From: Candidatus Hermodarchaeota archaeon | Lineage (GTDB): Archaea > Asgardarchaeota > Heimdallarchaeia > Hodarchaeales > Hodarchaeaceae | Direction: 5' to 3' | DNA length: 32,000 nt | Assembly (NCBI GenBank): GCA_048886185.1 | Contig: JBHLKY010000002.1 | Span: 232,359-264,358 of the forward strand | In this document: positions 17,217 to 26,191 of the stretch, one piece after another | Layout: each line of letters starts with the position of its first letter | How positions within the stretch are numbered: position 1 is the stretch's first letter | Program-made: the position numbers and the translations under genes | Notes under the pieces: model-generated | Seen by the model: only the letters and a program-made list of their open reading frames with translations | Told to the model about the DNA's origin: nothing | Database searches by the model: none

Positions 17217-19697
17217 TTATTTACTCAAAAATCTTATCTCGGTACAATTAACTAAATCATAGATCTTCATCTTAAGAAAATCAGTAATAAAAAATGCTAT
17301 TATTGCAAACACCCAAACAAAGATTGCCAAATTCCAACCCATTGCAGGAAGAAAAATGCCATAAACTGTAATTATTGTTGCAATTATCTGAGTCCCAATT
17401 ATTGCTATTAGCAATACCTTAGATGGTGCTATAGACCAAAAATGTCCTTTTGTTCTAGTAACAAAAATGGTTAAATGCCCTGCAACTGATAGTTTCAGAT
17501 AGATAAATGATTGGAGAATATCTTGATTTAGTCTGAATATCTCTTGTCCCACATATAGTAGTAAAAATGATGAAATAACTCCTATAATACCTAATAAAAG
17601 AGCTAATGATAATAACTCACGAATGTTCCACTTTTCTGGTTTATCAGATCCCTTAACATTATCAAAAGCAATGGTCATGATTGGAGCATCATTGAGAAGA
17701 GCTAGTAAAACAACCATAATAGCAGTTATTGGATAAAAATTAAAAAAAATAATTGAAAGAGTTATAAATAATATGATTCTAACTGTCTCTGTTATTCTAT
17801 ATAAGGAATAATTTAACATTCTTTGAAAGATTTCTCTACTGGTCTTTATTGCATCAACAATAACTGAAAGTCCGGGTTTTGTTAAAGCGATATCTGCTGC
17901 AGATCTTGCTGCATCCGTTGCATTTGCAACTGCTATTCCTACGTCGGCTCTATTCAATGCTGGGGCATCATTGACTCCATCACCCGTCATTCCAACGATA
18001 TGACCTTCATTTTGAAGTGTTGAGATTATTTGAAATTTATTTTCTGGTAATACTTGAGCAAAACCATCAATATCTTCAGACTCATTTAGGATCTGATCTA
18101 ATTTTCCCACTTTAAGTGATTGAACTGTTTTAATTTTAGTTCCTAAGTTTACTTTTTTCGCTATTTCTTTAGCAATAGCAATATGATCTCCTGTAATCAT
18201 TATTACACGCAAACCCATCGCTTGTGCCTGTTTAATTGTTTCTGCTGAATCTTCTCGGGGGGGATCGAATAAAGCAAATAATCCAATTACATGCCAATCA
18301 TCACTAGTACCATTAGTTTTTGCCACAGCAAGAGAACGATAACCCTTTTCGGCAAAACTATCAATTAAATCGTTAATTATCTCAATAGTTTCATCATCAC
18401 AGTTACACAGGTTTGAGATTACTTGTGGTGCTCCTTTGGCTACTTTGAATTTATTTCCTGTTTTGTCAGTAATGATAGCTTCTGTATGTTTTGATACAGG
18501 GTCAAACGGTTTAAAATCATCTACTTTATAAGAGGAGAATTTAAACCTCCTACCATCAAGTTCATTTGCTTTAGTAATAATTGCTTCATCAATAGGATCC
18601 TTATCCTCCTCTCTAGATGCTAAACTTCCAAATAATAACAAATCATCTTCAGTATAATTTTTAACGGTTTCTAAATTTGCTACTGTAAGTTCATTTCTTG
18701 TAATTGTTCCAGTTTTATCTGTACATAAAACATCAACACTTGCCATTTCTTCTATTGAAACTAATTTACTCACAATAGCTTCTCTACTTGCTAACTTTCT
18801 TGCCCCAATAGCCATCGTAACAGATAAAATAGCAGGTAATGCTACAGGAATAGAGGCCACTGTTAGTACTAAAGCAAATTGTAATGTTTCTAAAAAACTT
18901 TCATGTCGAAAAAGAGCTATTATAAAAACTATAACTACTAAAACCAAATCAAAAGCAATAAGAAAATCACCTATTTTCACTATCGCTTTTTGAAAATGGC
19001 TTTTAGGCTTTTTTTCCTCTAGTAATCTTGTTGTTTTACCAAAATAGGTATTCATACCTGTACTAATAACTCTACCATTCATTTCTCCCATTTTGACTAT
19101 TGCACCAGAGTAAATAATATCAGAAATTTTATGTTCAACAGGTAATGATTCACCAGTTAAAGCTGATTCATCAACTAGTAGATAATTTCCATCGGTTAAT
19201 TTTGTGTCAGCTGGGACAATATCTCCTAAACGTACTCTAATTTTGTCTCCAGGTACTAACTCACGAGCAGGTATGGTTTCCCAGTTACCATTACGAAACA
19301 CTCTGGCGTTAGGTGCTAAACGATTCTTTAACATCGAAATGGCATTATCAGCTTGATGTTCTTCAAAGAATTTTATACTTCCATTCACGATTAATAACAC
19401 ACTAATGATAAAAAATTCATACCAATGCCCAATTATTGCTGATATGATTATAGCTACCTCAATCATCCATGGAATGGGTCCCCAAAAATTTTCTAAAAAT
19501 CTTATAAGGGAGTTCTTCCTCTTTTCAGTTATTTCATTATATCCATATTCGTTTAAACGTTTAGTAACTTCAAAGGTTGACAATCCATTACTAGAGGCTT
19601 TTTCATTAGAATGATTTGTGTTAGTTTTACTTGAATCCATTCCATCGGTTGTGGTTTTATTCAATTGATTATCCTTCTTTGTTTCCTTTTTAATCAT
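17217..19697 (-). CDS. Plasma-membrane proton-efflux P-type ATPase (P3A subfamily)
   Basis: ESALTGES, PVALPAILSVTMAIG, phosphorylation site DKTGT, KGAPQV, DPPRED, MITGD, TGDGVNDAPAL and TM6 LLNDAPIMTIAFD. Confidence 0.95.
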   Translation of the reverse strand: MIKKETKKDNQLNKTTTDGMDSSKTNTNHSNEKASSNGLSTFEVTKRLNEYGYNEITEKRKNSLIRFLENFWGPIPWMIEVAIIISAIIGHWYEFFIISVLLIVNGSIKFFEEHQADNAISMLKNRLAPNARVFRNGNWETIPARELVPGDKIRVRLGDIVPADTKLTDGNYLLVDESALTGESLPVEHKISDIIYSGAIVKMGEMNGRVISTGMNTYFGKTTRLLEEKKPKSHFQKAIVKIGDFLIAFDLVLVVIVFIIALFRHESFLETLQFALVLTVASIPVALPAILSVTMAIGARKLASREAIVSKLVSIEEMASVDVLCTDKTGTITRNELTVANLETVKNYTEDDLLLFGSLASREEDKDPIDEAIITKANELDGRRFKFSSYKVDDFKPFDPVSKHTEAIITDKTGNKFKVAKGAPQVISNLCNCDDETIEIINDLIDSFAEKGYRSLAVAKTNGTSDDWHVIGLFALFDPPREDSAETIKQAQAMGLRVIMITGDHIAIAKEIAKKVNLGTKIKTVQSLKVGKLDQILNESEDIDGFAQVLPENKFQIISTLQNEGHIVGMTGDGVNDAPALNRADVGIAVANATDAARSAADIALTKPGLSVIVDAIKTSREIFQRMLNYSLYRITETVRIILFITLSIIFFNFYPITAIMVVLLALLNDAPIMTIAFDNVKGSDKPEKWNIRELLSLALLLGIIGVISSFLLLYVGQEIFRLNQDILQSFIYLKLSVAGHLTIFVTRTKGHFWSIAPSKVLLIAIIGTQIIATIITVYGIFLPAMGWNLAIFVWVFAIIAFFITDFLKMKIYDLVNCTEIRFLSK

Positions 19698-19728
19698 AGT
19701 TTTTGATCCAAGGAAACTTTTGGTGAGT

Positions 19729-20493
19729 TCATCCTTTTAATTCCAAATCTAACATTTTTTTCAACGGCATTGCCATTGATAAGACAAAGTATGGATGTTC
19801 AATTGGTTCATTATGTTCCTGAATCTCTTCAATGTTATTAGTAAATATCATCTCGTTTACTTTCGTGTAAAATTCATGTGAATACCCAATAAACTTCTTA
19901 TATTGTGTTTCTGTCAGATACTGGGCATGAAAATTAATATCATAATCAAGCATTAGGTTAAGTATATCGAAACTATCAGAAGAAGAATCTTCACATGAAT
20001 TTACTTTTTCAACTAAAAAGGAGGTATAACAGTCAAGCATATTTATTTTACTTTTAAATAGAGAAAATGAACTTCTATAAGTATTAATAATACTTTTTAA
20101 CAATTTAAGAAGTTTTTTGGGGTCGTCTATTTTCAATAAATCATCTACAGATATTAGTTGAATTCTTAAGGCAGTTTGCTTATCAAGAGCATAGAATTTG
20201 GCTTTGATTGAACCACGAACTTTTTTTTCTCTTGAAACTTTAATTACTCCGGCTCTTGTCAATTTTTTTAAATGATGATATAAGGCTGATTTGCTCATAT
20301 CCATATGCTTAGAGAGATTAGTTAAGTTTAGCTCACCGTAGACAAAAAGAAGTTGAAGAATACGGAAAAGCGTCTTATTTCCAAATATTTCCAGCCAAGT
20401 TTCAACCTTTACTTTATTGTTTTCCATTATAGGCATTTTTTGCTTACTTGATGACATTAAATCACTTCTATCCAGAAAACTGACTAGTTTCAT
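19729..20493 (-). CDS. ArsR-like winged-helix transcriptional regulator with extended C-terminal domain
   Basis: LFRILQLL...LNLTNLSKHMDMSKSALYHHLKKLTRAGVIKV wHTH. Lies 31 bp upstream of the ATPase on the same strand. Confidence 0.82.
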   Translation of the reverse strand: MKLVSFLDRSDLMSSSKQKMPIMENNKVKVETWLEIFGNKTLFRILQLLFVYGELNLTNLSKHMDMSKSALYHHLKKLTRAGVIKVSREKKVRGSIKAKFYALDKQTALRIQLISVDDLLKIDDPKKLLKLLKSIINTYRSSFSLFKSKINMLDCYTSFLVEKVNSCEDSSSDSFDILNLMLDYDINFHAQYLTETQYKKFIGYSHEFYTKVNEMIFTNNIEEIQEHNEPIEHPYFVLSMAMPLKKMLDLELKG

Positions 20494-20566
20494 GCTATTT
20501 TTTTTTTTTGAGATTCATATTGTTAATTTTCGTTATAATTCAACATAAAAATAATATTTATAAAAA

Positions 20567-20620
20567 CTTAACGTTTAATTTTTTATAGATAAATTTTTAT
20601 ATTTCTAATCTTAACGTTAA
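20567..20620. promoter_or_regulatory. Repeated palindromic motif in divergent promoter region
   Basis: CTTAACGTT at 20567-20575 and 20610-20618. The second extends to the perfect palindrome TTAACGTTAA (20611-20620). Confidence 0.35.
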
Positions 20621-20747
20621 AATTGGAGTGTTTATTTTTAATAGAAATTAAATTATTTTTAAATAAAAAATAATGTAAATCATTATCTGTGATGTCTAAA
20701 TCAATAAATAAAATGTGAGTTTTATCCAAATTTAAGGATATGATAAA

Positions 20748-21128
20748 ATGAAAACACATAATACTTACGAAAGAACCCACCCTCATCTCAAAATGCCTAT
20801 ATTAGAAATATTAGCAACTCATGAAGAAATTAAATTATTATTTAAGAATTTAAAGAAAGAAGGAGTCTATGTATCTGAAACAGATTTAAATAACGCTTTT
20901 AATAAGTCTAAGGAATTTGTTTCCATTAATGATTCTAGATTTTATTTTAGCATTCATTCTGGTATTGAAGTACATCATTTTATTGTTACATTTTATGAGT
21001 ACGATAAAGAAACACATCATAGAATATTACGACACGTGATAGATTATGCAAAGAAAATGAACTTGAGGATTATCAGTAATAAACTTGATTTGTCTGGTTT
21101 TTCTTTGAAAAGTTTCAGAGATCATTAA
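20748..21128 (+). CDS. Hypothetical protein
   Basis: 126 aa ATG-started ORF with plausible composition. No family recognised. Confidence 0.65.
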   Translation: MKTHNTYERTHPHLKMPILEILATHEEIKLLFKNLKKEGVYVSETDLNNAFNKSKEFVSINDSRFYFSIHSGIEVHHFIVTFYEYDKETHHRILRHVIDYAKKMNLRIISNKLDLSGFSLKSFRDH

Positions 21129-21182
21129 TACTTCCTAAGATTGAACCAGTTACACTAACTTTTTTATAGATTGTGAAAGACA

Positions 21183-21986
21183 GTGTTTGACAGTATTCTA
21201 ACTATCATATTACTTGTTGGATTAATTAGTTTATCCGCTGCACTAGCAGGTACTGTGGGTATCGGAGGGGGAGGATTTTTTTCATCAATTCTCATGATTA
21301 TAGGGGGATTATCAATTTCTGTAGCTATACCTATTGCTAGTATTATTATCGTTGGTGTGGGTCTCGCATCAACCTTGGTCAACATTCAGAAAAAGACAAT
21401 TAATTATAAATTAGCTTTGATTTTAGAACCCACAACAATTCTTGGGACAATTATTGGTATCCAACTTCATCTAATCGTATCAGAAACTATTCTCATATTT
21501 ATTTTCTCTGTTATTATGATTTGCCTTACTGTTAGAACCTATTTAAAAGCAAGGGAAATAAGGAGATCAATTTCAAATAAAGAATCGGATCCATTACCTT
21601 TTGATTCAGAATTCTCTTCTAATCGAATTTTATATGGAATGATTGGATCCTTAATTGCAGGTATGATTTCAGCTCTCGTTGGAATAGGAGGAGGACTAAT
21701 AAAAGTACCTATGCTTACTGAATTAGGACTATCACCTGAGATTGCGTCTGGGACTGGTAGTTTCATGGTACTCTTTACCTCTATCTCCACAGCAGTGCAG
21801 TTTCTACTTTTTCAACGATTAGACTTAAAAATTGGAATAATATTCTTCTTTATTGGATTTTTTGCCTCTTTACTTGGATCAAGCTTTTCTAGATATAATA
21901 CAAGGCCAGATGTTTTTCATTATTTCCTTTCATTAGCAATGGGATCCTCTACTTTCTTAATTCTCTTACAATGGCTTTTTTTATAA
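21183..21986 (+). CDS. TauE/SafE (sulfite exporter) family membrane protein
   Basis: Duplicated GIGGG motifs (GTVGIGGGGFF; ALVGIGGGLIKVP), ASGTGSF, about 8 TM segments. Confidence 0.9.
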   Translation: MFDSILTIILLVGLISLSAALAGTVGIGGGGFFSSILMIIGGLSISVAIPIASIIIVGVGLASTLVNIQKKTINYKLALILEPTTILGTIIGIQLHLIVSETILIFIFSVIMICLTVRTYLKAREIRRSISNKESDPLPFDSEFSSNRILYGMIGSLIAGMISALVGIGGGLIKVPMLTELGLSPEIASGTGSFMVLFTSISTAVQFLLFQRLDLKIGIIFFFIGFFASLLGSSFSRYNTRPDVFHYFLSLAMGSSTFLILLQWLFL

Positions 21987-22197
21987 GAGAAATAAGTGTT
22001 TTAGCTGAATCGTTTTAACAATCTTCACTAAGATACTATATAATAATAATTTTGATTTGTGAAAGCTTTAAACAGATTCAATGATCATAACGATCCAATA
22101 TAAGACACAGATTACGAATAAAGCGGAAAAATTAACTTTAATTTTAAATTCTTATGCAGAGTTAACAAATGGCCAAGAATTGGAGGAAAAAAATCAT

Positions 22198-23181
22198 TTA
22201 AAGTACAAATGAAATATTTAAACACGTAAAGAGAAAAAAAATCCCAAGAAATAGGACTCCAGTTGATGAAGACATTTTCTTCCTAATAAGGCTAAAAACA
22301 AGTAATGACAAGATGATGAAACATATTAGAGAGCTAAACAGCATAATCGCCTCAAATTTAAATTGAATGATGATTAAGCCGCAAATCCCGAAAATAAGGG
22401 TTATGTTCCATAAAATCTTTCCAATTTGAGCACTTATTCCTAATTCAGTTTGACCTCTTTGAATTGATCTGACAATTAACCAAAATTCTTCAACATTAGT
22501 GACAAACGCCATTATGATTAGTCCAAAAAAGGTTTCAGATAACCCTGTATAAAAAACTAGATGCTCAGCGCTTGTAATTAACATTTCACCGCCAATGAAA
22601 ATAACTATAATGGAGAAAATAATCTTAATGGCAATCAATGGTCTGATTTCTTTATCTTCTTTTTCATCATTTTTAGATCTGGTTGTATTAACTGGGTTAT
22701 TGAATTCTTTTTGAGAAAGTAATTCACAATAGTTTTTCTGAACTTTAATACTGCTAATAACATGAGTACCAAATATCACTAAATTTATCAATGCAAATAG
22801 GTAGAGAAATTGAGGAGCTATCATAGACATTGTAATTGAGATGCCTCCAATTATTAAAAGACCATAATAGAACAAAGGGATCTGTCGAAACTCAAATTTA
22901 AGGAATAATGCTGGAAGACCAAATGCAATAGTAACAGCAATTATGGTGTTACCTATTAAATTTCCTAAAGAAAGATAGGGGAAACCCTTATAAGCAGCTA
23001 TTAATGATACAATGCTCTCTTCTAAGTCAATACCTAAAATAAACATACCTATAAAAACTGGGGAAATAGTAAATACTTCACTAAAATCTTCTAACACATC
23101 AATTATATAGTCTGCTAAGAAATAAATTACTAAATAACCAAAAATAAATAGAAAAATCCAGAAGAGAAGATCTTGGTTCAT
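22198..23181 (-). CDS. Cation/Ca2+ exchanger (CaCA, YrbG-like) with divergent alpha repeats
   Basis: Two-fold repeated TM architecture with GIDLEE...GNLIGN and SETFFGLIIMAFVTNVEE. Start placed at ATG 23181. Confidence 0.8.
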   Translation of the reverse strand: MNQDLLFWIFLFIFGYLVIYFLADYIIDVLEDFSEVFTISPVFIGMFILGIDLEESIVSLIAAYKGFPYLSLGNLIGNTIIAVTIAFGLPALFLKFEFRQIPLFYYGLLIIGGISITMSMIAPQFLYLFALINLVIFGTHVISSIKVQKNYCELLSQKEFNNPVNTTRSKNDEKEDKEIRPLIAIKIIFSIIVIFIGGEMLITSAEHLVFYTGLSETFFGLIIMAFVTNVEEFWLIVRSIQRGQTELGISAQIGKILWNITLIFGICGLIIIQFKFEAIMLFSSLICFIILSLLVFSLIRKKMSSSTGVLFLGIFFLFTCLNISFVL

Positions 23182-23337
23182 AAGACGTAACACCCAGTCT
23201 TCTTTAAAAAAGCCCCCCTCATAATAATAAGGTTTTTTCGTTAGATTTTTCCTTTAAATTATTGGTAAAAGATTTAGAGATTCTAAAAAGGGAAGTGAAT
23301 CAAAATCAAAGGTAATAAGATTAATGAAAATACCCAT

Positions 23338-24168
23338 TTGATTGATAACTTCTTATTTGCAAGTGAACGATTAGGTGCTACCTATCTTTTAAAAGCAGGA
23401 AAATCTTGTTTGATAGATGGAGGAACACGAGAGGGAAGTAAAATCATGATTGAAACCCTGGAAAACCTCAATGCCTTTCCACCAGATTACATTATATTAA
23501 CGCACTCTCATTTTGATCACACACAAGGAGTTCCAGCCTTTAGAGAATTAGCTAAATTGAAGGGTAAAGAGATTAACGTCTTCGCCAGCCAAAATGCTAT
23601 CCCCAACCTTCAGGATCAATCATTCAACAAATTTTTTCAACCAGATGAAGAGCTTTTGAATATCCAAGACGTTAAACCATTAAAAGAGGGAGATATTGTT
23701 GATCTAGATGGTCTTATCCTTCGCATTCTAGAAGTACCTGGACATACGAATGACCAGATTGCTGTTTTTGATGAAAAACACAAAGTGCTATTCCCAGGAG
23801 ATAGTATTGGCCTTCATATACCTCCTTTTTTATATTTTCCTCATATTATGCCTCCATTTTATGATAAGGAAGCGCATTACAATTCCATGGAAAAAATGAA
23901 ACAGTTGAACTTTCAAACTATTGCAATTGCTCACTATGGTTGTATTGAAGGTAAAGAAGCTCAAGAATATATTCCTAAACTTCAAATAGAAACAGAAAAA
24001 TGGTGGTTGGCTCTTGAAATCGCCCAAAGAGAAAACAGATTAGAGGATATTCGATTTGTTATGGATACTATATCTCAAGAAACAAAATTGCAAAAGGAAA
24101 TAATTGAGAGGATATCATTATCATATTTTCAATGGACAGTTCTAGGGTTTAGGTCAGCAACTTATTGA
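23338..24168 (+). CDS. MBL-fold metallo-hydrolase
   Basis: THSHFDH, VPGHT, FPGDS and AHYG motifs. Confidence 0.9.
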   Translation: MIDNFLFASERLGATYLLKAGKSCLIDGGTREGSKIMIETLENLNAFPPDYIILTHSHFDHTQGVPAFRELAKLKGKEINVFASQNAIPNLQDQSFNKFFQPDEELLNIQDVKPLKEGDIVDLDGLILRILEVPGHTNDQIAVFDEKHKVLFPGDSIGLHIPPFLYFPHIMPPFYDKEAHYNSMEKMKQLNFQTIAIAHYGCIEGKEAQEYIPKLQIETEKWWLALEIAQRENRLEDIRFVMDTISQETKLQKEIIERISLSYFQWTVLGFRSATY

Positions 24169-24371
24169 TAACTATTCGTGAGTCTTCATTCAGATATGTC
24201 TTGAAAAAATCAACTTTGTTTTATCATTCTAAAGAGCGTATAGAGAACCACAACCTCCTAGATAAACATCGTATTATACTCAGAAAAGGAGTGTGAATGA
24301 GGTAAATAACAGAAAGCCTTTTTTTACTTGTTCGGGCTCTTATTAATATAGAGATTCCTCAAAAATACAAT

Positions 24372-25607
24372 TCAAGGACCTTCATTTTTCCTTCGTTGAA
24401 GTTGTCTTTTTGAATAGAGACCTAGTATAAAAATACTCAGAATAATCATCTCTGTTCCAAATAACGTTTTTTCATTACTTGTATTGGAAACAATATTGGA
24501 AGTTAAATTATTACTTGTGCTAGAGACAATACTGGAATTTGAATTATCAATTGTACTTGAATCAGCTTCCTGACTAGAATCAATCTCAATCTTTAAAAAC
24601 TGGACTTTTATTATTTCAATCCCTTTAATTTGACTGGCAACATATAAAATTTCTCCTTCAACTTGAAATCCTAAGGGATAACCCCCCGCATCATTACGGC
24701 CAATTTCTGAAAGATAAATCGAGTTTAGAATTTCAAGTATTCTAAATCCCTGATGAAAATCTGAAGCATATAAGAATCCATCTAATATCGCTAAATTAGT
24801 AATGAAAGAAGTTTCTGTTCCCGGAAAATGACTCACTAATACGGGTTCTGATAACTTTGTAGAATTAAAGACCTTAATTCCATTAGATCCTCCAGTATAC
24901 CAAAAATTTCCATCAACAGCAATACAAGAAATCTCCTCCTCGTCTAGCTTTCCTATTTTTTCAATCCTTTCAGGATTACTGACTTTTAATATTAATAAAC
25001 TTCCATTAGTCGCAAAAGCAAATGCTAAATCATTGGTAGAATAGGCATAACTAAATCCATCACCTTCAAAACTTATTAGTTTAGTTATCAAAGGAACATT
25101 TGATATGTTGTAGATCTCAAAATCCTTATCCCAATTAGCTATAAATAATAAATTGTTCTGAATGTAGATTGCTGCTGGTCGGGTAGTTGTATAAGTGTTA
25201 ACCAATTCTGGGTTTGAAGAATCAGTAACATTAATAATTTTTAATCCTTTATCATCTGCAGCTGCGAAAACATAATCGTTATATACAGCTATAGAGTGTC
25301 CCAGATAACCATCAGAATAATAATGGCCTAATTCGAAGGCATTTAAAGGATTAGAAACATCGTAAATATTTAGTCCTGAATCAGATAACACGTAGGCAAT
25401 ATCTCCAACAATTTGTACATCTTTGGCTCCACCTCCTTCGTTTAATTCGGTTATTACTGTCATATTAGCTTTATAGTTACCAAGAGTCAGAGAATTGTTA
25501 TACATCAGTGGATCATCCTGTTTAGCAGCTGTAAAAAAAATTGAATTAAGAATAGCAACTAGCAGAATTGTGATACTTAATTTACTTAGCACTACTTTGA
25601 ATCTCAT
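24372..25607 (-). CDS. LVIVD-repeat secreted/surface protein with Ser/Thr/Asn linker and C-terminal membrane anchor
   Basis: Signal peptide, repeats of type LNIYDVSNP / LKIINVTDSSNP / LLILKVSNP, low-complexity linker, hydrophobic stretch followed by basic tail (KRQLQRRK). Confidence 0.85.
   Translation of the reverse strand: MRFKVVLSKLSITILLVAILNSIFFTAAKQDDPLMYNNSLTLGNYKANMTVITELNEGGGAKDVQIVGDIAYVLSDSGLNIYDVSNPLNAFELGHYYSDGYLGHSIAVYNDYVFAAADDKGLKIINVTDSSNPELVNTYTTTRPAAIYIQNNLLFIANWDKDFEIYNISNVPLITKLISFEGDGFSYAYSTNDLAFAFATNGSLLILKVSNPERIEKIGKLDEEEISCIAVDGNFWYTGGSNGIKVFNSTKLSEPVLVSHFPGTETSFITNLAILDGFLYASDFHQGFRILEILNSIYLSEIGRNDAGGYPLGFQVEGEILYVASQIKGIEIIKVQFLKIEIDSSQEADSSTIDNSNSSIVSSTSNNLTSNIVSNTSNEKTLFGTEMIILSIFILGLYSKRQLQRRKNEGP
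24475..24540. repeat. Imperfect 36-bp-period tandem duplication in surface-protein linker
   Basis: TTACTTGTATTGGAAACAATATTGGAAGTT (24475) vs TTACTTGTGCTAGAGACAATACTGGAATTT (24511), 24/30 identical. Confidence 0.7.
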
Positions 25608-25699
25608 TCTAATCGATCAAAATCATAGAACTTATTATAAAAAATTGATGAATGAGGAAATAGATCTTTAGGAAAGACATGAAAATTATCTATTTTATG

Positions 25700-26030
25700 G
25701 TAATAGGTTGTTAAACATCTCTTGATGGCATCAGAAATGTTAATATCAAAACAAAAGATGGATTAGGGTTAAGGAATTTCTAAATGAGATGTTATTAAAG
25801 GTTGCGATTATTGAAATCCCAGCACCAAACTTCGGAAAAAAGATTCATAAATATAAACTTCTGAAATCTTTCCAATGATCAAAGTCAGTTATTGGAACAA
25901 GAAGGAATCTAAGCATATTGAAACAGGTATCCAAAAATACCACATTTACATCAGTGATAGCTTTTTCCTTACGTTCAATATCTTTTATGGTGTGTAATTT
26001 ATCTCAAAACACTTAACAATATTCTAACAT
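25700..26030 (-). pseudogene. Heavily decayed gene remnant, weakly glutamine synthetase N-terminus-like
   Basis: GGAG RBS and ATG 26030, then stops, then ...ITDVNVVFLDTCFNMLRFLLVPITDF and, in another frame, SLVLGFQ and IFCFDI. Similarity judged by eye only. Confidence 0.25.
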
Positions 26031-26191
26031 CTTATACTCCTAATTTTAATTGAGGAATACCAAATTGAATTAATATAATTGAGAATATTAAATTCATGAG
26101 TTTCTTATAGCTGATGTATAATAAGAAAAGAAGAAAGAGTAATTTTGGAATCAAATGCTTTTTTGCCTGAAGAAGAAAATATTTAGGCTCC

